Source: Gammaproteobacteria bacterium
Lineage (GTDB): Bacteria; Pseudomonadota; Gammaproteobacteria; GCA-001735895
Direction: 5' to 3'
DNA length: 64,000 nt
Assembly: GCA_024225395.1 (NCBI GenBank)
Contig: JAAEMR010000159.1
Span: 811 to 64,810 of the forward strand
The notes under the pieces were generated by a model. That model was given only the letters and a program-made list of their open reading frames with translations. It had not been told where the DNA came from and did not search any database. A program made the position numbers and the translations under genes. Positions 29,959 through 41,232 of the stretch are shown piece after piece (positions within the stretch are counted from its first letter, which is position 1; the number at the start of each line of letters is the position of its first letter).

Positions 29959-31983
29959 TTACAGTAGAGGCACCATCATCAAAGCAACGATGTTGATGAT
30001 TTTGATCAATGGATTGATCGCAGGACCCGCTGTATCTTTGTATGGGTCACCAACAGTGTCACCAGTTACCGCAGCTTTATGAGCATCAGAACCTTTACCA
30101 CCGTGGTTACCGTCTTCGATATATTTCTTCGCATTATCCCATGCACCACCACCGGTAGTCATAGAAATCGCAATAAAGATACCCGTTACGATAGTACCGA
30201 TAAGCATGCCACCCAGTGCTTCAGGCCCTAAAGCCAATCCAACAAGAATTGGAGCCACTACGGGTAACAATGAAGGGACAATCATTTCCTTGATCGCTGC
30301 TTTAGTCAGCATATCAACAGCTTTGGAATAATCAGGCTTTTCAGTACGATCCATGATGCCAGGCATTTCACGGAATTGACGACGTACTTCATTAACGATT
30401 CCGCCAGCTGCACGTCCAACTGCTTCCATCGCCATGGCACCAAACAGGTAAGGAATCATTCCACCGAGGAATAAACCGATGATAACCATGTGGTTTGACA
30501 GATCAAAACTGACTGTTTTACCAGCAGATTCCAGTGTACTGGTGTAATCAGCAAATAGAACCAGTGTAGCCAGTCCAGCTGAACCGATTGCGTAACCTTT
30601 AGTTACCGCTTTAGTTGTATTACCTACCGCATCCAGGGCATCCGTCGTATTACGAATTTCTTCAGGTAGCTCTGACATTTCAGCAATACCACCAGCATTA
30701 TCAGTGATAGGACCGTAAGCATCCAGAGCAACGACAATACCAGTCATTGATAACATGGCAGTAGCCGCGATAGCAATACCGTATAAACCGGCCATTTCGA
30801 AAGCACCCCAGATCGACAGACAAACCGCCAATACTGGAAAAGCTGTAGAACGCATAGACAGGCCTAAACCAGCGATTACGTTAGTACCGTCACCCGTAGT
30901 TGAAGCGGCTGCAATACCACGAACCGGACCGTATTCAGTCGCTGTGTAATATTCAGTAATGACAATCATCGCTACGGTTAGTACCAGACCAATCAGTGCT
31001 GCTCCGAAAAGTGCACCGGCTGAATACAAACCGTTATCGGCCATCATTGAATTGGTCACGAAGTAAAAACCAACTGCAGAAAGAATAGCTGAAACACCCG
31101 TGGCTTTATACAAAGCTGTCATTATTTTTCCGCCTTCAACATATTTGACGAAAAAAGTACCGATAATTGAGCTGATGATTGAAACACCACCCAGAACCAG
31201 AGGATAAGTAACCGCTAAAGATAATGCTTCTTCACCCGCTGTAGCGAAAACAAGGCCGCCCAGTAGCATGGTAGCAATGATAGTTACCGCATACGTTTCA
31301 AACAGATCCGCTGCCATACCGGCACAGTCACCCACATTATCACCCACGTTATCAGCGATTACAGCCGGGTTACGCGGGTCATCTTCCGGAATTCCGGCTT
31401 CAACTTTACCTACGATATCTGCGCCAACATCAGCACCCTTAGTGAAGATACCACCACCAAGACGAGCAAAGATTGAAATCAGGGAACCACCAAAAGCCAG
31501 ACCAATCATCGCATGCAATGGGTCAGGAGCGCCCACAGCCAGTAACAGGCTGTAATAACCTGCAACACCTAGCAGACCCAGACCTACCACTAACATGCCT
31601 GTAATTGCTCCGCCTTTAAACGCGATATCCAGTGCAGGATTGATACCATCTTTTGCCGCTTCAGCAGTACGTGAGTTAGAACGTACAGAAACGTGCATAC
31701 CAATATAGCCTGCAGCACCGGAAAACAAAGCACCTATTGCAAATCCAATTGCTGTATACCAGTCCAGGAAGATACCGATTAAAAGAAATAATATCACTCC
31801 AACAATACCGATCGCCGTGTACTGTCTTGCCAGGTAAGCAATAGCACCTTCCTGTATTGCACCAGCAATTCTTTTCATCTCATCATTACCCTGGGATTTA
31901 CCCATAATAGCTTTGATAGTGATGACCCCGTAGGCAATACCTACAAAAGCACAAATTAGTGCCATTAATAATCCAGACGACAT
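29959..31983 (-). CDS. hppA: Membrane-bound H+-translocating pyrophosphatase, K+-independent type
   Basis: [36 protein letters not shown] (Lys indicates K+-independent), [10 protein letters not shown]. Confidence 0.95.
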   Translation of the reverse strand: MSSGLLMALICAFVGIAYGVITIKAIMGKSQGNDEMKRIAGAIQEGAIAYLARQYTAIGIVGVILFLLIGIFLDWYTAIGFAIGALFSGAAGYIGMHVSVRSNSRTAEAAKDGINPALDIAFKGGAITGMLVVGLGLLGVAGYYSLLLAVGAPDPLHAMIGLAFGGSLISIFARLGGGIFTKGADVGADIVGKVEAGIPEDDPRNPAVIADNVGDNVGDCAGMAADLFETYAVTIIATMLLGGLVFATAGEEALSLAVTYPLVLGGVSIISSIIGTFFVKYVEGGKIMTALYKATGVSAILSAVGFYFVTNSMMADNGLYSAGALFGAALIGLVLTVAMIVITEYYTATEYGPVRGIAAASTTGDGTNVIAGLGLSMRSTAFPVLAVCLSIWGAFEMAGLYGIAIAATAMLSMTGIVVALDAYGPITDNAGGIAEMSELPEEIRNTTDALDAVGNTTKAVTKGYAIGSAGLATLVLFADYTSTLESAGKTVSFDLSNHMVIIGLFLGGMIPYLFGAMAMEAVGRAAGGIVNEVRRQFREMPGIMDRTEKPDYSKAVDMLTKAAIKEMIVPSLLPVVAPILVGLALGPEALGGMLIGTIVTGIFIAISMTTGGGAWDNAKKYIEDGNHGGKGSDAHKAAVTGDTVGDPYKDTAGPAINPLIKIINIVALMMVPLL

Positions 31984-32062
31984 ATTAAGCCCTATACCTT
32001 TATTAAAAAATTATTAAAAAAAAAGCCGTCCCTAAAAATTAAAGAAACAGCTTTTTGAGAAT

Positions 32063-32890
<828 letters not shown>

Positions 32891-33021
32891 TTATACCTAA
32901 ATTATAACATTAGAAAATACCCATAAAAGGGAGGGTGTATGATAAGCAATCATCCAAAACATGCAAATTCAGCTTATTTATTGTATATTCCCCGCCCTGA
33001 TTATCAACAGCCCAGAAAATT

Positions 33022-33381
33022 ATGAGCGCAATTCCCGATATTACCGACACTGAAACAGGCATAGTTCAAACTACCCTCGACGAAAGATGGGGTAAAAACA
33101 AGGTACAGCCACAGGTCGTTGACGTAGAAGCTCGTTTAAGCAAAGGCGACCGGGAACTCACGGAATGCCCAGCTCTTTACTGGGAACAGGGCGACTGTCA
33201 TTTCATCATTATTAAAACAGATGACAACCAGTACCGAACTCAATTTTATTATGGTAACCGCGAACAATTTGGTACCAGCATACCCGAATATGACAACCTG
33301 GGAGATTGCGTCCTGTCATTGCTAAGACTGCAGGCAGACCATGAAATCACCCGTGCTGAAGAACAGGATTCCAAGGAATAG
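33022..33381 (+). CDS. Hypothetical protein (119 aa, acidic)
   Basis: Clean ORF upstream of pfp; CPALYW...CHFII...QFYY pattern. Confidence 0.7.
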   Translation: MSAIPDITDTETGIVQTTLDERWGKNKVQPQVVDVEARLSKGDRELTECPALYWEQGDCHFIIIKTDDNQYRTQFYYGNREQFGTSIPEYDNLGDCVLSLLRLQADHEITRAEEQDSKE

Positions 33382-33410
33382 AGCAGGTGCCATTCTTAGA
33401 TAATTTCACT

Positions 33411-33486
33411 CACCACGAAGCACACGAAAAGCACGAAGGAAATAAGTTAAACATTTTTCTTCATGATTTTCGTGTTCTTCGTGGCG
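33411..33486. repeat. CACGAAG-unit inverted-repeat element, copy 3
   Basis: caccacgaagcacacgaaaagcacgaag ... cttcatgattttcgtgttcttcgtggcg. Confidence 0.85.
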
Positions 33487-33569
33487 CACATTTTTTTTAA
33501 CCGGTTTAAAAACTAAACTTTAATACTTTAGGCTAGAAATTGGCCGAATAATTATGGAGATAAACTGAT

Positions 33570-34826
33570 ATGACAAAGAAAAATGCATTCTATGCACAAT
33601 CTGGCGGCGTAACGGCTGTAATCAATTCATCAGCCTGTGGCGTCATCGAAACGTGCCGTAAACACAGCGACAAGATTGGAAATGTATATGCAGGTAAAAA
33701 CGGTATCATCGGTGCTTTAACAGAGCAGCTGATCGATACATCCAAAGAGTCAGCTGAAGATATTGCCGCACTAAAGAAGACCCCTTCTGGTGGGTTTGGA
33801 TCATGCCGTTTCAAGCTCAAAAGCCTGGAAGACAACAAACGTGAATACGAGCGTCTGATCGAAATTTTCAAGGCTCATGACATTGGTTACTTCTTTTACA
33901 ACGGCGGCGGAGACTCTGCTGATACCTGTTACAAGGTTTCTCAACTGTCTGAAAAAATGGGCTTCCCTGTTCAGGCTATACACGTACCTAAAACTGTAGA
34001 CAATGATCTGCCTATTACAGATAACTGCCCGGGGTTTGGTTCTGTTGCAAAATATATCGCTGTTTCAACACTTGAAGCTTCTTACGATGTACGCTCAATG
34101 GCCGCTACTTCTACCAAGATCTTCGTTATCGAAGTCATGGGTCGTCATGCTGGCTGGATCGCTGCTGCCGGTGCACTGGTTGAAGATTACGGAATACCGG
34201 TTATCACGCTATTCCCTGAAATCGAATTTGATCAGGATAAATTTACTGCAGCTGTTGATGCCAAGGTTAAAGAGCACGGTTACTGCACAATCGTTGTTTC
34301 TGAAGGCGCGCATTATCCTGACGGTACTTTCCTGGCAGAACAGGGAACTCGTGATGATTTTGGTCACGCCCAATTAGGCGGCGCAGCTCCTATCGTTGCC
34401 AACATGGTGAAAGAAGCACTGGGACACAAATTTCACTGGGCTGTAGCTGACTACCTGCAACGCGCAGCACGTCACCTGTCACCAGAGTCTGATGTTGAAC
34501 AGGCTTACGCATTAGGTCAGGCTGCCGTTGAAAAAGCACTTGAAGGCAAGAATTCCATCATGCCAACGATTGTTCGTGAGTCATCTAATCCATATGTATG
34601 GAGTATCGGCGAAGCACCTTTAAGTGAAGTAGCCAATGTTGAAAAGATGATGCCTATGGATTTCATCTCTGAAGATGGTTTCGGTATTACGGATAAGTGT
34701 AAAGAGTACCTTTACCCTCTAATCAAAGGCGAGTCTTACCCTGATTATGACGACAATGGCATGCCAAAGTACGTCACTATGAAAGGTGAACTGATAGAGA
34801 AAAAACTGGAAGAGTTTGAAGTTTAA
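33570..34826 (+). CDS. pfp: Pyrophosphate-dependent 6-phosphofructokinase
   Basis: QSGGVTAVIN; GGGDS (Asp at the PPi-specificity position); PKTVDND (Lys); EVMGRHAGW. Confidence 0.88.
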   Translation: MTKKNAFYAQSGGVTAVINSSACGVIETCRKHSDKIGNVYAGKNGIIGALTEQLIDTSKESAEDIAALKKTPSGGFGSCRFKLKSLEDNKREYERLIEIFKAHDIGYFFYNGGGDSADTCYKVSQLSEKMGFPVQAIHVPKTVDNDLPITDNCPGFGSVAKYIAVSTLEASYDVRSMAATSTKIFVIEVMGRHAGWIAAAGALVEDYGIPVITLFPEIEFDQDKFTAAVDAKVKEHGYCTIVVSEGAHYPDGTFLAEQGTRDDFGHAQLGGAAPIVANMVKEALGHKFHWAVADYLQRAARHLSPESDVEQAYALGQAAVEKALEGKNSIMPTIVRESSNPYVWSIGEAPLSEVANVEKMMPMDFISEDGFGITDKCKEYLYPLIKGESYPDYDDNGMPKYVTMKGELIEKKLEEFEV

Positions 34827-34847
34827 CTCATATCGTCAAGTTTTGAT

Positions 34848-34877
34848 AAAAGGGCTGCTGTTGCAGCCCTTTTTTTT
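34848..34877 (+). terminator. Intrinsic terminator after pfp
   Basis: aaaagggctgc-tgtt-gcagccc followed by a T run. Confidence 0.88.
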
Positions 34878-34894
34878 GGTAGCATGTAAAAGAT

Positions 34895-35058
34895 TATTCA
34901 CCACGCAGTCACGAAGCGCACCATGAAGGATTAATGTGGTACTGGTAACTTAGAATCAATACTCTAAAAAGTATCCCCTGAATATGCTCCGTTAAAAGTG
35001 TATTTTTATTATTCTTTTTATGTTTTTCCTGGTGCGCTTCACGCCTTCGTGGTGGATA
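34895..35058. repeat. CACGAAG-unit inverted-repeat element, copy 4
   Basis: tattcaccacgcagtcacgaagcgcaccatgaa ... ttcctggtgcgcttcacgccttcgtggtggata. Confidence 0.85.
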
Positions 35059-35091
35059 TGTTTTTTGAATCAATCTTGATATATTTGAAAT

Positions 35092-35289
35092 ATGACATTA
35101 GAAAAAGCATACGAACTACTCGAAGTTCAGGTTTATATCGGGCAAGGTTATAACCGTAACGCGGCTCGACTAATTCTGGCCGAAGTACAACGAGACCTCG
35201 GGCAAACCGCCATTGACCAACTAATCACCGATCTGAATATGACGGAAGTCTTTGGCTTTGCGACCGGTCAGGAATTCAAAGCTCTCTAA
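35092..35289 (+). CDS. Small hypothetical protein (65 aa)
   Basis: Compact ORF with GYNRNAARLILAEVQRDLGQ...VFGF; co-oriented with pfp and ppa. Confidence 0.65.
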   Translation: MTLEKAYELLEVQVYIGQGYNRNAARLILAEVQRDLGQTAIDQLITDLNMTEVFGFATGQEFKAL

Positions 35290-35386
35290 ACAGAGCCTTT
35301 GAACACCAATCATTTGCAGTCACAAATTCAACAACCTTGATAAGCCTGTTATAATCGAGAGTTTATTCTTTGTGGAATGTTGAATT

Positions 35387-35935
35387 ATGAATCTTGAACG
35401 TGTCTCTTCTGGTATAAACCTGCCCAATGACATCAATGTCATCATTGAAATCCCTGCTCACAGTGACCCGGTCAAATACGAAGTTGATAAAGAAACCGGT
35501 GCCATGTTCGTCGATCGATTCATGAGTACTGCCATGCATTATCCTTGCAACTATGGCTACATCCCGCATACCCTATCGGATGATGGTGACCCTGCCGATG
35601 TGCTCGTTGTAACACCCATCCCGCTGATCAGTGGCTCGGTAATACGTGTACGTCCGGTTGGCATGTTAAAAATGACCGATGAATCTGGAGATGACGCCAA
35701 GATCCTGGCCGTTCCAGTGGATAAACTGTCACGCGAATACAGGGAAGTTTCCAATATTCGCCAAATGTCCAGAACACTGCTGGATTCTATTTCACACTTT
35801 TTCGAGCACTATAAAGATTTGGAAGATGGAAAATGGGTAAGGGTCGACGACTGGCTGGATGTGGATGATGCAAAAAAAGAAATCATCGAGAGCGTCGAGC
35901 GTTTCAACAACGCCAAAGACAAACCTCATTTCTAA
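35387..35935 (+). CDS. ppa: Soluble inorganic pyrophosphatase (family I)
   Basis: [37 protein letters not shown]. Confidence 0.96.
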   Translation: MNLERVSSGINLPNDINVIIEIPAHSDPVKYEVDKETGAMFVDRFMSTAMHYPCNYGYIPHTLSDDGDPADVLVVTPIPLISGSVIRVRPVGMLKMTDESGDDAKILAVPVDKLSREYREVSNIRQMSRTLLDSISHFFEHYKDLEDGKWVRVDDWLDVDDAKKEIIESVERFNNAKDKPHF

Positions 35936-35940
35936 TATTT

Positions 35941-36013
35941 AACCACGGAACACACTCAAAATACGGGAGGTTTTATACATAATGTTTCTGTGTATTCAGT
36001 GTGTTCCGTGGAT
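35941..36013. repeat. CACGAAG-unit inverted-repeat element, copy 5 (CACGGAA variant)
   Basis: aaccacggaacacactcaaaatacggga ... ttctgtgtattcagtgtgttccgtggat. Confidence 0.75.
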
Positions 36014-36037
36014 TTTACCGATACTCATCACACATCA

Positions 36038-36706
36038 TTAGTTACTGCCAAATAATGCAGATTTTTCTTCAGCACTGACTGACGTTTCAGTTTTCATGGT
36101 AGAGAAATCAGCATGGCAAACCTGATTTCGTCCCTGTTCTTTCGCCTGATATAAATACTGATCCACAGAGTCTACAAATGACTCCCGTGTAAGCTCACTA
36201 TCGCTTGAAAAAACACCCACCCCTAAACTTGCCGTTAAGGTAAAAGTTTTTCCTTCAAACTCAACCAGAGCCTGCTCCAGCCAAAGCCTTACTCTTTCCG
36301 CAACATTAACTGCCGTTGGCAAGGTTGTTTGCGGCAGGATTATGACAAATTCCTCGCCACCATACCGGCAAACCACATCTGATAACCTGATGGCGTGCTT
36401 AAACACTGCGGCAGCTACTTTTAAAGCCTGGTTTCCTGCTTCATGCCCCCGCTCATCATTGATAGCTTTAAAGAAATCCAGGTCGATCATGATAATACTG
36501 GTGGGGCGACCTGCACGAAGTGTTCGCTCCATTTCTATTGACAGGTTTTCCTGAAAATAGCGGAGGTTATTTAAGCCCGTTAAAGTATCCGTGGTGACCA
36601 GTAGTTTTAACTCGGCAACTTCACTTCTAAGCAGGGATAATTCCTGTAACCACTGACAATCAAGTCGATCAACAGGACATATTTCTAATTGCTGGCGCGT
36701 ACTCAT
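36038..36706 (-). CDS. Diguanylate cyclase (GGDEF)
   Basis: DTLTGLNN, DLDFFKAINDERGH, RLSD I-site, RYGGEEF. Confidence 0.92.
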   Translation of the reverse strand: MSTRQQLEICPVDRLDCQWLQELSLLRSEVAELKLLVTTDTLTGLNNLRYFQENLSIEMERTLRAGRPTSIIMIDLDFFKAINDERGHEAGNQALKVAAAVFKHAIRLSDVVCRYGGEEFVIILPQTTLPTAVNVAERVRLWLEQALVEFEGKTFTLTASLGVGVFSSDSELTRESFVDSVDQYLYQAKEQGRNQVCHADFSTMKTETSVSAEEKSALFGSN

Positions 36707-36861
36707 GTCGACAGATTATAACCACTCCACAAACGATGAAACATAAAAGTTATTTATGGTAAATCTAAATATTTGTACCCAATTTGGGTTTCAAGCGTAA
36801 ATAAAATGATAAATCAGTTATTATTTAGCTCCCTTTCATCTAATTCTCTCTGACCAGACCA

Positions 36862-37884
36862 ATGCCAGATAAAATTTTCAGCTCATCCAGTTATTTCAAA
36901 CAGCAATTTGTTCAACAGCTACAAAAAATGACAGTAATAGATGAATTTGGAATTTTTATACTGGTGCTAGCCAATGCCTTATCCAGACCGGAGATTTACC
37001 AGTCTCTATCTACTGATTTATCAAACCGTTTTGTACATCTGAAACAAAAGCTCAGCGGACTTTCAACCGGTGAACGAGAACAAATACCTGCCGATGACTT
37101 ATCAGTATTCACCGCATTAAGTCGCATTAATTTTAACGAGCTTTCACTATCTATCAGTAAAAACACAGGAATCTGGCAACTACAGTACAATCCTTTACGA
37201 GGTTATAGGCCCGCTCGAAACAGCCATAAAAAAATTGATAAGCTTTACCAGTCTTTTGACCCTGACAGCTTTCACTTCAACAAACCATTTCTATCCAGAG
37301 AAATCCTGTGGCAAGGTAAGTTAAGCAATATCCCGGTTCGCCTTTTATATAATAAATTTCCTTTTGCTGATTATCACGGCTTACTGGTTATTGAACCCGA
37401 ACAGCTGAAGTCTCAATTTTTACAGCGACAGGATATAGATAATGTTCAACAGGTATTATCTGAAATTTCTAATCTGGAAGGTATCGGCCTGGGCTATAAC
37501 TCTATGGCTGCTTATGCTTCTGTCAATCACCAGCACTGGCAAATGTTTTTATCGGAGCAAGCTTACCCGGTTGAGCATACATACTGGGCGCATAACTCAG
37601 GTCCAGCCAGTTACCCTCTCAGCGTCGAGTGTTTTAACTGTATCACTGATGCCTGGCCACAAATAGACCGTTATCAACAGTCAAACAGTAGTTTTAACTT
37701 ATTTGTCAGACCTGACAGAACCTATCTGGTTAAGAGGAAAAAGCAGGGGCAATATCAACACAGTCAATGGACCAGTGGATTCGCCTGGTCAGAAATCATG
37801 GGTAATATCATGGCCACAAACCAGCTGGACTATGAACAACTAACAGCACTCAACATTGAGCAGGAATTAATGTTACTTGAGTAG
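36862..37884 (+). CDS. GDP-hexose phosphorylase-like protein (GDPGP1/VTC2 branch of the HIT superfamily)
   Basis: FDPDSFHFNKP, LYNKFP, GYNSMAAYASVNHQHWQ (HxHxQ), GFAWSE. Confidence 0.7.
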   Translation: MPDKIFSSSSYFKQQFVQQLQKMTVIDEFGIFILVLANALSRPEIYQSLSTDLSNRFVHLKQKLSGLSTGEREQIPADDLSVFTALSRINFNELSLSISKNTGIWQLQYNPLRGYRPARNSHKKIDKLYQSFDPDSFHFNKPFLSREILWQGKLSNIPVRLLYNKFPFADYHGLLVIEPEQLKSQFLQRQDIDNVQQVLSEISNLEGIGLGYNSMAAYASVNHQHWQMFLSEQAYPVEHTYWAHNSGPASYPLSVECFNCITDAWPQIDRYQQSNSSFNLFVRPDRTYLVKRKKQGQYQHSQWTSGFAWSEIMGNIMATNQLDYEQLTALNIEQELMLLE

Positions 37885-37904
37885 AAACAAAAGCCTGAAT
37901 TGAA

Positions 37905-39764
37905 TTAGATATCACGAACCAGGCGTATTCCAACATTATACTGTCCCTTCTTACTGGAAAACGTTTCACGATTTTCAACTCTCATCGAAGATGCAGGACT
38001 GCGAAAGGAGCCACCGCGTACTATTCTGACTGAGCAATCTCCACCATCCCATACCGATCCATCATCAGGAGCACCTTTATAGTTCCGGTGATAACAGTCA
38101 TATACCCATTCATATAAATTTCCAGCAGTATCATACAATCCAAACTGATTTGGCTTGTACGATCCCACCTTAGCAGTTTTTGTCGTATTCAAGTCTGAGC
38201 TACAATCAAAACAATGGGCATTCCCTGAGCCTTTGGTGCTTCCCCACCAGTAAGTCGTCCTTTTTCCTCCACGTGCTGCAAACTCCCATTCAGCTTCACT
38301 GGGTAAACGGTATTTTTTCCCTGTCTGTTTACTCAGCCATTTGGAATATGCCAAAGCGTCCTCCCATGAAATATCACTAACAGGATAAGCTTTCCGATCC
38401 CGGCCTTTACTGTCGGGTTGTTTACGTCGAGTTGCTTTAGCAAAAATATCATATTCAGCAAAAGTCACTTCATAAATAGACATCGCAAAAGTAGGCACGG
38501 TAACGGCATGACGCGGGGTTTCATCAGCAGAGACCAAGCCCGCCGACCCCATTCTGAAATCATTACCCGACACTTTAACCATGATGGGGCCGCGTCCACC
38601 CACTTTAAGACGGTCTGTAAAAGGGTCATGTTTATCCTTATACGTTTCTTCAACGACAACTGGAGCAGGTGTGGTTTTTTCAGGTTTTTTCACCGCCTGT
38701 TTGGGTTTAGTGACTACCGGCGGCTCTTCAACCTGAGCAGATTGGGGTTTAACTTCCGGTTTATTAGCCGCTAACTGCTGCTGAGCCAGGCTGGTGACAT
38801 CTGATATCACGCCGTCCAGCATGCCCTGTTGCCAGGTGTAAAAACCTGCACCAACAAACAGCAGCAGCAGAATGGCTTTAAATAAGCCTGCCGTGGATTT
38901 TTTTCCCTGTGGCAGTTTATGTTTAACCGGTTCAGGATCAATTTTGGCTCTTTTGGATAAAGACTCTTTAGGTGGAGGCGGAGCATCGGATGGTTGTTTG
39001 GCCTTCTCTTTAACATCTACAACAATAATTGTGGTGTTATCCTGATTTATTTTATTCGCTTCTTCAACAGCTTTTAACAGGGCATAGACACATTCCCGGG
39101 CAGTTGTTGACCAGGAGGAATATTGAATAATAGCGCCGGCACCTAATGTATCCAGCCCATCACTCGCAATGATCAAACGATCGCCGGGTTTTAATTTGAA
39201 GCTAGTTTCAGGACAGTCAATACTACTAATTTCTTCTCCTGTCATCGCGCTCATGAGCATATTGCGAGACATTCCTGCCTGCTCTTCAATATCCATGCCC
39301 TGCTCTTTCATCATATCGATGTAAGCGCCATAACTATGATCGGCATTTTGCTTGACTAATTCACGCTCTCTAATCAGGTATAAATGACTATCACCCACAC
39401 TCACCCAGTAAAGCTCATTACCTGCCATGAATGTAGAAACCATGGTACAGCCCATACCGCGTAAAGCCGGAGTTTCTGAAATGGAATCGTGGATCTGTTG
39501 ATTGGCCCGATTCAGTGCTGACGATAAAGACACGGGGGCATCTTTACCGTCAAAATCGCCCTGGAAGGCCTTGTTAAAGGTAGCGACAACCATATTACTG
39601 GCCACATTACCCGCAGCATGCCCACCCATTCCATCAGCCATGACGACTAATGCGCAGGTTTTTCCCGCGTCATTATCCCCCATCAGGGAGACCATGAAGG
39701 CATCCTCCTGATAATCACGGGCACCATCGATCTGGTCGCTGGCTATGTCAAATTCAATGCTCAT
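37905..39764 (-). CDS. PP2C Ser/Thr phosphatase fused through a TM segment to an FGE-sulfatase (SUMF1-like) domain
   Basis: RDYQED, ADGMGGH, GDS, ASDGL, QDNTT; TM AILLLLFVGAG; EVTFAEY, RLPSEAEWEFAARG, GLYDTAGN, RGGS, GIRLVR. Confidence 0.88.
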   Translation of the reverse strand: MSIEFDIASDQIDGARDYQEDAFMVSLMGDNDAGKTCALVVMADGMGGHAAGNVASNMVVATFNKAFQGDFDGKDAPVSLSSALNRANQQIHDSISETPALRGMGCTMVSTFMAGNELYWVSVGDSHLYLIRERELVKQNADHSYGAYIDMMKEQGMDIEEQAGMSRNMLMSAMTGEEISSIDCPETSFKLKPGDRLIIASDGLDTLGAGAIIQYSSWSTTARECVYALLKAVEEANKINQDNTTIIVVDVKEKAKQPSDAPPPPKESLSKRAKIDPEPVKHKLPQGKKSTAGLFKAILLLLFVGAGFYTWQQGMLDGVISDVTSLAQQQLAANKPEVKPQSAQVEEPPVVTKPKQAVKKPEKTTPAPVVVEETYKDKHDPFTDRLKVGGRGPIMVKVSGNDFRMGSAGLVSADETPRHAVTVPTFAMSIYEVTFAEYDIFAKATRRKQPDSKGRDRKAYPVSDISWEDALAYSKWLSKQTGKKYRLPSEAEWEFAARGGKRTTYWWGSTKGSGNAHCFDCSSDLNTTKTAKVGSYKPNQFGLYDTAGNLYEWVYDCYHRNYKGAPDDGSVWDGGDCSVRIVRGGSFRSPASSMRVENRETFSSKKGQYNVGIRLVRDI

Positions 39765-39918
39765 ACAATTCTATTTTTTTCACTAAACCTAATATAGATG
39801 TAAGTTAAAGTATTTTCTGGATTATTACTAAACTAAGTCAAAAAAGCATTAATTTATTCCTTTAATGAGAACCACACCCTGTTTTTAAGCTACACACTCA
39901 GGATCAGGTCACATACCG

Positions 39919-40344
39919 CTACCTAAAAGGATTAAATCCAGATTCTTTTAACAAGTGTAGCGGAAGAAAGAGTGGTTGTGGTAACTCATTCCAGTGAGCC
40001 CACAACCAGTCTGAATTATGCCCATCAATTAGCAAAGTTTGCTGGTCAGCATTTAAGCAATCCACCATGAAATACAGGCTTAAAGAGTGCGTATCCCGGT
40101 CAAACACATTATTGGTAAAAGTCACAAACTTGCTTTCCCCAAAACATAATGGTTGAAAAAGACTGAGATGACGTTGCACTGTCTGCTCAGGAGTTTCTCC
40201 AAATCGTATCCAGCCACCCGGTAATTGCCAGCTACCCTGCATCGGCTGTTTCAAGCGACGACCCAATATTATTTGCTGATTTTGTTTTATAATCACCCCC
40301 ACGCCTACATGGGGTTTATTTTTAACATGCACGTTTTGTTTCAT
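39919..40344 (-). CDS. NUDIX-fold protein (NUDT15-like) with a degenerate Nudix box
   Basis: PHVGVGVII, GSWQLPGG..FGE, TNNVF, W..W..LPQPLFLP. Confidence 0.75.
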   Translation of the reverse strand: MKQNVHVKNKPHVGVGVIIKQNQQIILGRRLKQPMQGSWQLPGGWIRFGETPEQTVQRHLSLFQPLCFGESKFVTFTNNVFDRDTHSLSLYFMVDCLNADQQTLLIDGHNSDWLWAHWNELPQPLFLPLHLLKESGFNPFR

Positions 40345-40361
40345 CAGAGGTTTATCTAATC

Positions 40362-41162
40362 ATGAATAGTCTATTAGACTTTGAAGGCCAGATCAGGTTA
40401 AGTGTTTTCATCATCATTTTTACGATTATGGCACTGTGGGAAATAAAAGCCCCTTTTAGAAAACTCAGGTTAAGCCGAACTAGTCGCTGGCCACATCAAC
40501 TCGGCCTGATAATCTTAAACACCGTGGCAGTTCGACTGTTATTTCCCGTTGCTGCAGTCGGTACAGCCCAGTACATGCAACAACAGGGCTGGGGGCTGAT
40601 GAACCTGTTAGGCTTCAACCCGGCTATTGCCCTGATTAGCGGGTTTATATTGCTCGACTTTGCTATCTACTGGCAACACGTTATTGCTCACCGGCTTGAC
40701 TGGTTCTGGAAACTGCATCGAACCCATCACGCAGACACCGATTATGATTTAACCACTGGCCTACGCTTTCACCCTCTCGAAATCATTCTATCCATGTTAA
40801 TTAAAATACTGGTCATTGTATTGCTGGGCATACCTGCAACAGCCGTTATCCTTTTTGAAATCGTGTTATCCGGTTCAGCCATGTTCAATCACTCAAACAT
40901 CAAACTTCCCGAAAGCATTGAACCAACTCTTAGAAAAGTCATTGTTACACCCAGTATGCACCGCATTCACCATTCTACTCAGCAATTTGAGCATGATACT
41001 AATTATGGATTTTTTCTGTCTATCTGGGATCGATTATTTGGTAGTTACACTGATAAGGCCATGGAAAATGAGCAAACCATGCCAATAGGGTTAAATATTT
41101 TTCGTGCCAAAGAGAATCAACGACTCGGTCGAATCCTCAAAATGCCCTTTACTAATCATTAA
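40362..41162 (+). CDS. Sterol desaturase / fatty acid hydroxylase family protein
   Basis: YWQHVIAH, LHRTHH, RFHPLE, FNHSN, HRIHHS, NYG His boxes. Confidence 0.9.
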   Translation: MNSLLDFEGQIRLSVFIIIFTIMALWEIKAPFRKLRLSRTSRWPHQLGLIILNTVAVRLLFPVAAVGTAQYMQQQGWGLMNLLGFNPAIALISGFILLDFAIYWQHVIAHRLDWFWKLHRTHHADTDYDLTTGLRFHPLEIILSMLIKILVIVLLGIPATAVILFEIVLSGSAMFNHSNIKLPESIEPTLRKVIVTPSMHRIHHSTQQFEHDTNYGFFLSIWDRLFGSYTDKAMENEQTMPIGLNIFRAKENQRLGRILKMPFTNH

Positions 41163-41232
41163 AGCCAAGGAACTCTGTGTTATATTTCCAGTCAATGTAC
41201 TGTATTCACTATTATAAAAAAACAAATAACTC

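Noticed and set aside
29768..30082. 104-aa ORF beginning [11 protein letters not shown]
   Set aside because: It is a translation of repeat copy 2 (the 9-nt units give HEE/HEV/HED) plus a terminator and antisense hppA sequence, not a real His-rich protein.
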